Of a stretch of 64,000 nt of DNA, positions 55,063-64,000 are shown in pieces. The notes beneath the pieces are model-generated. The model saw only the letters and a program-made list of their open reading frames with translations. It ran no database searches and was not told where the DNA came from. The first letter of the stretch is position 1. Every line of letters begins with the position of its first letter. The stretch is from the human T2T-CHM13v2.0 reference genome, Homo sapiens, in the NCBI RefSeq assembly GCF_009914755.1, contig NC_060947.1. One strand, given 5' to 3'. The position numbers were made by a program, and so were the translations under genes.

Positions 55063-57075
55063 AATGTAAAAATGATTATTAAAATTTATTCAGAATTTAC
55101 TTATATTGTAGCCAAAAGGCCTTTTAAAATACTTATTCTGACATATTACAGTAACAGAAGTCAAAGTTCACCTATATGGAGATGTCTTACCTATTGCCCA
55201 ATATAAACTAGAACCACCACCACCATAAGAATTTAGGCTCCACAAGAGTAGAGACCTCACCTGTTTGTTCACCATTCTATCCCTACTAAGTTAAAGTACA
55301 AAAAAACACATATTTAAAAATTATTATTAGTAGTAGTAACAAGCAAGAGTAAGAAGAATCTAAAACCCATAATTAAATCTTAGTTTCATAATTAAGGATA
55401 TTGCAATATAATAAGGTTATCTGTGGACTACTAGTGATCACTGTCCTCTGCATCTTATGGAAGAGTAAGTCATAAGAGATGAAACTGACTTGCTTACTTA
55501 ATTCTTGATCTTTTTGTTTTCTGATTATTTGCTTAAAAACAACACAATGTCACCCCCCTTCCCAACTAAAATCCATTTCTTTGAGTGCCTGGATCATTAT
55601 ATGATGAGTTTTGTCTTTTCTCCCTCTTTCACCCATCAAAGCATCCATTTCTTGAAGACACCGATTTCCTTTGGCTTGCCTTGTGGGGCTTAGCTACAGA
55701 AAATGACCCATCCCAGGCCCTTAAGAAAAAGTGTTGACTAGCTGATTGTGAAGGGAAAAATTGATATTCTTTTCCTACTATCTGTATCATTTTCTGGGAA
55801 TTCCCAGCCCCTGTGCAGCCAGTTTACCTATTCCTATAGCAAGTCATATTGAGACTGACGCCCGTCTGATCCTCCAGCCACTAGATCTGACTGAATTTCT
55901 CTCCACTCTTTCCTGGTGAAGAGTGACTGGTCCTCAGAAGCTCTTTACATTGGTCTTTTGGCTGTAAAGTGCCATAATAAACTTTTCGAATAGATCGTGT
56001 TCTGTCAACTCATTTTTCCACTGATCTTCTTAGCCCCATAGCCAATGGTGACTCTCCTCTCCCCATTTTAGAATTTCCCCCAGGCAACCCAGCTATATTA
56101 AATCTGGGCTGTCAGATCTCAGCTGAGATATTGGTCTTCAAATTTATTGTTTTCAACCTTTAAAATAGTTTATCTTTGAATGGTGAAGGGCCATAATGAT
56201 CCTACATAGCTTTTGCTGTTTTACATGTGTCAGGTGCCCTTATCTTCATTACCTCATTTGGTTCATTGGCCTCATTTTTAATAAATGAAATGTCAAGGTC
56301 CATGAAGGTTCAGTGACCTGTACAAGGTCACATTGCTGGCTAATGACAGAGCTGATACTAGAACTCAAGATTGTCTAATTTATTCTGACACTATAGGTAC
56401 CTAAGGTATACTGCAAAGGCATTTCCTAGACAGGGGAGACCCAGGTAAGGAAAAACAGCAGGAGACTCTGAGTAGCATGAAAATACCAGTGGTATGGGAA
56501 AGAAGGGCACAGAGGGGAGATGTGAAGGAATAAGACTTTCTACCCTATTTTACCTGGAGCTAGTGGTGATTTAATAACCTGAGCTAGGCAATACCAGCCT
56601 GATTGGAAGGCTGGCAGCCCCTCGATGCTCAAGGGTGTTCTTTCCTTATTTTGTCTTTGCCATTTTTCCAAGAGTCTGTGTCAGCTCCCACTGGGGGCCT
56701 CTCAAGGATGAGAACAGCTGCAGAGGCGCTGGAGTTGGGCTGTTGAGTACATGCCCAGGACTGACACCTGCCCTTCCACAAGGCCCTGGGGACAAATTGG
56801 CTCAGAGAAACAGAGACGAGACAGAACTCCATTCATCAGAAAGAACTGGGGTGGAAAAACCCTGCTTGATCCCTTGGCACCATTAAGCCCTAAGGTTGGC
56901 TCTGGGCCCCACACAACTCTAGGTTCTGTTTAGTAAGGTCAATTAAAATAAGAGAGTGTGCTTGTAGGGCCCATTACAGTTATCTGTTGCATTTAACAGT
57001 TTCCTGGTGTCTGCTAGACACAAAGCATGAGAGGGATATTGCTTTTGAATCACGTAGGGGAAGGAAAGGTTTGTT

Positions 57076-57108
<33 letters not shown>

Positions 57109-58011
57109 GAAAGTTATTGTCTACCTGCATTCTAGGTTACAACTTGACACTGGCTCACTGCTTTCTCTCTGGGTCTGTTTCTTCTGCTATAAGGAGAAGG
57201 TGCTGATCTAGAGCCTTTTGAGATCTATATCTTTTTTGTGTCACAAGCCCTTTAGAGAATTTGATGAAAGCTGTAGGTCTTCTCCCTAGAAAAAATGCAT
57301 ATATGCCCATAGATAGCTAGTTTTCTATATAGTTTAGGGGGGTTAAGGATTCCTTTGAAGCTTGTCTATAGATCCCAAATTAAGAGTCTCTAGACTAGTT
57401 GATTTCTGAGGTCTCTTCTAGCTCAGACAGTCTATGAAACATTCCAGGTTGGACACAGTTAATGAGCAGTGACACCCGGGCCAGAATGCTGGCAGCTGTC
57501 GTGGAATCCCAGAGGCTTAACTGTACCCCCCTTCCCAGGCTTCCTGAGACTCCAGTCCAAAGGAAGCAAAAGGATATAAGCTCATTCTCTGCAAACTGAG
57601 TCCAAGGGAAGCAAAGGAGTGCAAACTGATTTACGGCAAACCAAAGACTAGAGTGTGCATCAGACCCATTGCCTCCCAGGTTGCTAGAATTTAGGAAGGA
57701 TGCTAACTTTTCAGGAGAGTGTAGGCATGAGAGGCATGACCTCTAAATGTTCCTTAGTGGTTGGTTGAGGACAGGAAAAAAAAAGCATGACTGCCCAGTT
57801 GGTAAGGGACATACAGCTTGATTATAGATATTCTGAAATTGTTACTTAGGAGCTGACCTCAACATGGCTGGACAGAATACTAATGACCATAAACATACTG
57901 CATTTCCTTACATAATATCCCCTACTCTGTAAGTGTATATTTTGCTATGCAAGAAGAAGGTTAGGAGAGAAGAAAGAACGAGTTCTCATGGGTACATCAA
58001 CCATCAGTCAG

Positions 58012-58490
58012 TGTACCAGTAGGAAATATATGACACTCCTAGAGTGGATAAATTGAGTGGAGTTTACTAAAGGGGATTGATTACAAAAGTATGGGCAGGG
58101 TATAGAAGAACCACAGAGGGCACTGTAGAATTTTAGGAATAGTAATAGTGAAGTTCATTACCACTCTTAGGCCTCAAGGAGAGAGGGGAGGTATCAGGAA
58201 CCAGAACTCAGAGGGAAGGAGAGAGAATGACAATTAGATATAGAGAACACTCTGATAAGAGCTATGACCTTCAGTCAAGGAATGCCCAGCAACCTCTCAG
58301 GCAGGGTGCCTGGAAATAGATAGCCTAATCTCACATTTCTCCTTGTTAGTGCTCCCCATTGGCTAAATACAACTGGAATCCAAAAAACAAGGGAGCCTGT
58401 TGATAAGAGTCAGCTTCCCAGGACACAGAGCAGGGTGGAATAGAGTAGAGAGTAGAAAGGAGATCTGGAGGGGAAGTCCTGGAGAGTAGA
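58012..58490 (-). mobile_element. Ancient ERVL solo LTR (LTR33-like)
   Basis: The reverse complement of 58400-58480 (cccctccagatc...ccaccctgctctgtgtcctgggaagctgac) resembles the recalled LTR33 5' end. Confidence 0.55.
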
Positions 58491-58962
58491 TCTGCCACTG
58501 TAAGCAAAAGGAAGGAGCTGTTGTTATAGCCTAGAATATAGGAAATGTGTGAATAGTGATTAAGCAATAATAATAATACCATTTTGCATTTGTAAAAGCC
58601 TTTACGCATTTTGTGCTTCAGTCACCCCATTGTCTCCTCTGAACCATATAGTTACCATGTAGGCAAACAGGTAATTTATTTTATGGATAACGAAACTGAG
58701 GGTCAACCAAGTTTAGGTGATTTGCAAAGACCAAATGTCTACAAAAAAAGGACATGGACTAGAACTTGGGTTTGAGCTCCTGGTCTAGTACAATTTCCAC
58801 TATATCATGTTATCTCTTCTGTACCCTTAGTCCACAGAGCTATTCTGATAGTTCTTCAGCGATCTCCTGCTTCTTCTGACACACAGTCAATTCCACCACA
58901 AGAGCAACGATAAGAGGGAAAATTATATACACTTCTTCCTCTCATTTTTGGGAAAGGGTTAG

Positions 58963-59335
58963 TGTATTAGTCCATTCTCACACTGCTAATAAAGACATAC
59001 TGGAGACTGGGCAATTATAAAAGAAAGAGGTTTAACTGACTCACAGCTTCACATGGCTGGGGAGGCCTTACAATCATGGTGGAAGGCAAGGATGAGCAAG
59101 TCACATCTTACTTACATGGTGGCAGAGAAGAGGGAATGAGAACCAAGTGAAAGGGGTTTCCCCCTTATAAAACCATCAGATCTTGTGAGACTTATTCACT
59201 ACCATGAGAACAGTATGGAGGAAACCGCCCCCATGATTCAATTATCTCCCACTGAGTCCCTTCCACAACATGTGGGAATTATGGGAGCTACAATTCAAGA
59301 TGGGATTTGGGTGAGGACACAGCCAAACCATACCA
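58963..59335 (-). mobile_element. THE1-type MaLR solo LTR
   Basis: tgtattagtccattctcacactgctaataaagacatac...gacacagccaaaccatacca. 5-bp TSD gttag/gtcag with one mismatch. Confidence 0.92.
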
Positions 59336-59967
59336 GTCAGTATGGGGGCTCATGAGGGAACAAGCTGAGTTGGAAGATAGGTAAGAGGATACAGTGTTCT
59401 TTGCACTCACTATTTTCCAGAACAGAGGTTCTTAGACCCAGTTTTTGCCAAACGACTTTAGTCAAGATTCCCTATCCTGTCTCCCTCTTCTCTCTTCTGG
59501 CCTCTGGGTGTTACACCTTATCGACTATATACTTCCAGTGTAACAGATATGATTGAATGGAAGTAGGGAAATAAATGAAAATGAAGAAATGACAAGCTCA
59601 AGGTAAACAATAAGAAAACAGAAACAGTATATCTTTTAGAATTCAACTGCAAAAAGTAAAAAGTATTTACACATGTGTTCCAGTTAGCATGTAAACCATC
59701 TATTAAGTGCTCAGAAATTGAAACCATGAGCAGATTCACCACTGAGTTTGCAATTAAGTGGAATTTGGGGAAAATTCTAAGTGTTCAATGTTATTAGGAA
59801 TTTCAACAGTCTAGTGGAAGTGATGAGCCAAGCACTAGGTATGAAAAAGCATTTGGGAAGTATGAGATTGCAGATGCCTATAGCTGCTACCTTAGTTTTC
59901 CTGGTTGGGAGATAATTTAGTAAATACAGAAGGCTCAAGGCCAATAAGCTTTCAGAATTCACAGCTT

Positions 59968-60234
59968 CTGTCACTCAGACTGGAGTGCACTGGTGCGATC
60001 ATATCTCACTGCAACCTCTGCCTCCTGGGCTCAAGCCATCCTCCCCACTTCAGCCTCCTGTGTAGCTGGGACTACAGGCGCAAGTCACCAGGCCCGGCTA
60101 ATTTTTGTATTTTTCGTAGAAATGGGGTTTTGCTATGTTGCCCAGGCTGGTCTGGAACTCCTGGGCTCATGCAGTCCGCCTGCTTCAGCCTCTCAAAGTG
60201 TGGGGATTACAGGAGGGAGCCACTGTGCCTGGCC
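59968..60234 (-). mobile_element. AluJ-type element lacking its tail
   Basis: Diverged antisense Alu with AluJ-like ctcctgggctcaagccatcctccc. No poly(T). Confidence 0.9.
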
Positions 60235-60236
60235 TG

Positions 60237-60470
60237 CAATGGTTCTTAACCAGGGGTGATTTGCCTCCCTCCAATAACCTCCTCCCAGAAAATATTGGAC
60301 AATATCTGGAGACATTTTTGGTTGTAACAACTCGGAGGAGGGGTGCCACTGACATCTAAGACATAGAGGCCTGGAATGCTGCTAAATGTCCTACAATGCA
60401 CAGGACAGCTCCCTACAACAAAGAATTATCTGGGCCAGAATGTCAATAGTGCCAGGGTTGAGAAGCCCTG
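60237..60470. mobile_element. MER20 (hAT-Charlie MITE)
   Basis: caatggttcttaaccagggg...ggagacatttttggttgtaacaac...gtcaatagtgccagggttgagaagccctg, with terminal inverted repeats. Confidence 0.85.
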
Positions 60471-61035
60471 TCTAGGGCATTTGATGCCTGTCAAGATATT
60501 TACCTTAGCCCTGGCCATTATACTCTTCACTCTCCACCTCTGACGATGGCTTTATTGCTTCCACCTATGAATCCCAGGCTGACCACTCCAAGAACCAGCT
60601 CCATCTCAGCAGGCTTCTGGGCTAAGGCAGAATTTATCTCATTTCCCAGGGTGTTGCTGCTGTTACTATTGTTCATTGCTATTTAGTTTTTGACCCTTGG
60701 TCTTGCGTTAACCCTAATAGAAGCTTATTTCCTAGTTGCTAACTGTTGTATGGTTAATGACTCAGCCTGCCTAGACCTCTGGTTTTTGCAAGCTGTTCTA
60801 GTCCTGGCATCCTTCCCAGGCTCTGAGGGCCAACTTCATCTATGGTTTCAGTACAACACTGCTGTACTCATTTCATTAGGGAACACCAAATAGGGTTTGG
60901 GCTGGCAATTACACTAGACCTGCTGCCTTTTGAATCTCTGTGAGAAAGGTGCCAGCCCCAGGGAAGAAACAACTCAATGAACTATCAGCTAGCACAAGAG
61001 TTGCTCCTCCTGTGACTGTCAGTGAAAGCTGAGGC

Positions 61036-61043
61036 AGACAGAC

Positions 61044-61085
<42 letters not shown>
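61036..61085. repeat. (GACA)n(GA)n microsatellite
   Basis: Seen directly. Confidence 0.95.
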
Positions 61086-61088
<3 letters not shown>

Positions 61089-64000
61089 GCAATGCCTTCT
61101 GGGTAACAAATTTCAGAAGACTTTTGTGTCAACTGGCTTAAGTAGAGGTAGAAAGATGTCCTACACAATGGTGTTTTAGAGGCAATTAAGCATCAACTCT
61201 GTACTGAAGAAGGAAAAAAAGAGAGTAAATTGAAACCCCAAAGTTGAGATAATGTCTGGCTTGGCCATTTCTCAAGTGTCAGCTTCATATGCCTAGAAAG
61301 GAGTATAAAGGAGGAATTTGGAACAACAACAAAAAGTATGACCATGAAGGCAGTAGAACCAACTGCTGTTTTTCAAACAAATCTCCATCCCTGAATTTTG
61401 AGACTTAGGTAGTATTGTAGAAAGGGACTGGCTTCTAGTCCTTGTTCAGTCACACAATGCTGTGTGATCATAGACTTAAACGGTGTATGCCTCAGGTTCC
61501 TGACCTGAAAAATGGAGTGAATACTACTTTGAGTGCTTCATAATTTTTTGTTAAATTTTAGAACAAAAAGAAATAGTGCATATAAAATGCTTTGAAAATC
61601 ATTAGTGCTATATGAATACAGATTATAATTAACCATCACAAAAGATGTGTGACCTGAGGGAAAATGAATTTGGATAAGATGAGAACAAGAAAGGCTGGCA
61701 AAGTGTATCTTGTTTTGGCAAAAAGAAAAAAAGATAGAGAGAAATCTACTGTCTTTTTCTCTGTCCCTGTGAAGCACTTTTCACATTCCTGGCATAGTAG
61801 TAACTATCCTTTTTATTATTATTTTATAAAATCTATATGATAAAGGACTCCCCAACATTATTAATACACTCTAGAATTGGTCTTTTATTCAAGGAAGTTG
61901 TCTTAATTCATTCACTTACTGAGTAGCATTCATTCAGTGCTCATGATAATTCAGCCACCACGGTAACTGTTAAGGGCCCAGAGAAGAACATGGCATGCCT
62001 TCTGTCCTCAAAGAGCCATTAGTCTGGTGGAAGTTTCTCATTTGAGTCACTTCTGTTACAATTTAATTCTCTTCTTGCATCTGACCTACATTTAATAGTC
62101 TAAAAAAATTGACTTTTGGACCTTGTTTATACAATCATCGAAACTGCTTGGCTACTCCAAGTTTTGACTCATACCAGTTACTTTTTGAGCCTGTTAAGGA
62201 TTGTGTACTTACACAATTAAGCTCGTTTCCCTTAAGAATGGAGAAAAAGATCCAAGTCCAATATATTGGCAATGAACAGTAACTGGTTACTGGGAAAGGA
62301 TGAGTCAACTGCAAATTTTTGATGAGCTAATTCATGCTAGAATGTTCAGTTATGGTTCTCTCTAGGCATTCCCCCAACCCTGGGTAAGATGTGGATACCT
62401 AGAAAGGACCAAAACTGAATCTGAGAGAATAAATCTCTAATAGCGGACATTCTCATATCCCTTAAAATCTAGTGAAATATATCGAAGGCCTTTGATTGTC
62501 CTTTTGAATCACCCTTTGTATGTAAACCATCTTTAGAATTCTGTCTCTATCTCCCTATAGTTCATCTTCCCATTATGCGAATTACCCTTTAAAAAAAATG
62601 AGCTAAGTTTGTTCAAGCTCAGTCAAAAGTAAAACACATAAAGAAATAAGGCTGATGGCTGTGTTAAAGAGAGTTTCTGTCACAACCCTCAAAGAGACAA
62701 AGAGACAAAATGTTTCTCTGAAGACATCTAGGAGGAACAGCTAGTGAAAGTCCTGTATTCTCCTCCCTCACAAAAAGGCCTTTCTTTTTATCCTCCAAAT
62801 CCATCCCACCTCCCACACAGAAAGGCAGGACTAGTGGCAAGTTTCAGCAGGAATGCAAATTGAGGGATGTGTACAGGAAGACAGAAATAGACTGTATAAA
62901 ATGGCAGACAGTGTGATTGCCTGGAACGAGCTCAACTCAAAGCTTTCCACTTCAAGCAAAGCAGCCCCTTTTTATATTCACCTCTTGCATAGGCTGCTGG
63001 GATCAGAATTCCAGTTTTCAATGGTTTATAGCAGCAGGACAACCTGTTGGAGGGCCAAAGGCCCCCTTCTCACTGTACCTCTTACTGAAATAGGTAGTAG
63101 GATTCACGCCAGAGGGAAAGGAACCTTAGCTGGACAGAACTTGCATGATGAGATTTCCTAATCCCAGTAAGGACCAGGCCTGTTGCAGCCTCTACAAAGC
63201 AACCCACAGCACTAAGCGAAGAGACAAGCTGCAGCCTTTTCAGTCTAATTTTCTTTGCATTTATAGTAGATCAACAGTTGTTTAACCTACACATAGTTGA
63301 AAGAAAGAGTTTGGATGAATTTCATTTTCTAGTAATTGGAGGCTAGCCTTCTAAAAAGTTCACATATTTTGGTTCTTAATCTTGTTAAAGAAAAAGATTT
63401 TTTTTTAAATTGAACCCCTGTTTGTCATTCTCTTATTAAGGTAGAAAAATATTTTTAAATTATTGCTACATTTTTAGGATCATGTCTTTGTATCCACCCA
63501 GAGTCTAGCACAAGACTGGGCACTGGTAAGTCCACAAAAAATTCTTTTGTTTTTAAAATTCCAATGAATCATCATTTTGTGGTATTTTGTGTGTGTCTAC
63601 ATAGCTGATATCCTCTCTTTTTCAAACATATACAGCCTGAAATACATCTATTATTAATCTAATATCTTTAATTTCTTAATTAAAGATAACATTTGCCTTT
63701 AATGGGTAAAAGTTCATTAATATCTTTAATGTCTTGATATTATTTCCTGTTTTGCTTATCATCTCTGTCACTAACAGTCACTGACCTATGCCCTAATCAG
63801 AAATTCAAGGGCAGATGTGCATTCTTCTGGTCATTTTTGTACTGAGGCTACACTTTAGCCATCCAAATTCAGCTCAGAGGAGATGAAGTACAGCAAAGAG
63901 AAGAACACAGAGCCAAGAGAAGGGGAAAGGAAGACAGACAAGGGAGGGCCATCCAAAATGCTTATTGGGCCATGGTTCAGAGAAAACTGCCTTCCTAGAC

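Noticed and set aside
57554-57628. Degenerate direct repeat agtccaa(a/g)ggaagcaaa...gcaaactga; also short repeats at 693 and 27624 considered as array-like or CRISPR-like
   Set aside because: Only two copies each, no spacer architecture, and a eukaryotic context. These are ordinary local duplications.
54482-64000. Additional DCX exon or nested gene in the upstream intron
   Set aside because: No doublecortin-domain peptide appears in any frame and I recognised no RNA gene. The region is repeats plus anonymous intron. Enhancers cannot be excluded from sequence alone.

Overview
This is human (primate) genomic DNA holding the 3' half of doublecortin (DCX) on the minus strand. The last four coding exons are at 41257-41359, 39110/39125-39247, 20848-20942 and 9893-9949. 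All have GT-AG boundaries and join in frame to give [75 protein letters not shown](GNDQD)[51 protein letters not shown] 3' UTR of about 7.9 kb ends near an AATAAA at 2004-1999. Bases 41360-64000 are a long upstream intron; the earlier exons lie outside the window. The remainder is interspersed repeats (Alu, L1, L2, MIR, MaLR/ERVL LTRs, hAT DNA transposons) and microsatellites, and almost all ORFs in the supplied track are repeat-derived or chance. I see no clear evidence of a wholly new biological system. The best leads are: (i) a 41-nt candidate cassette exon that would give DCX an NMD-escaping 75-aa alternative C-terminus; (ii) a 123-nt candidate exon that is either a poison exon or the start of a CARP-like DCX micro-isoform; (iii) a possible non-canonical donor behind the KHKV isoform; (iv) a human-specific pre-Ta L1 with a twin-priming inversion inside a four-fold nested insertion cluster; (v) an old L1 whose 3' end is an inverted self-duplication. 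Exon numbers and repeat subfamily names are from recall, not database searches, and ends of old repeats are approximate.
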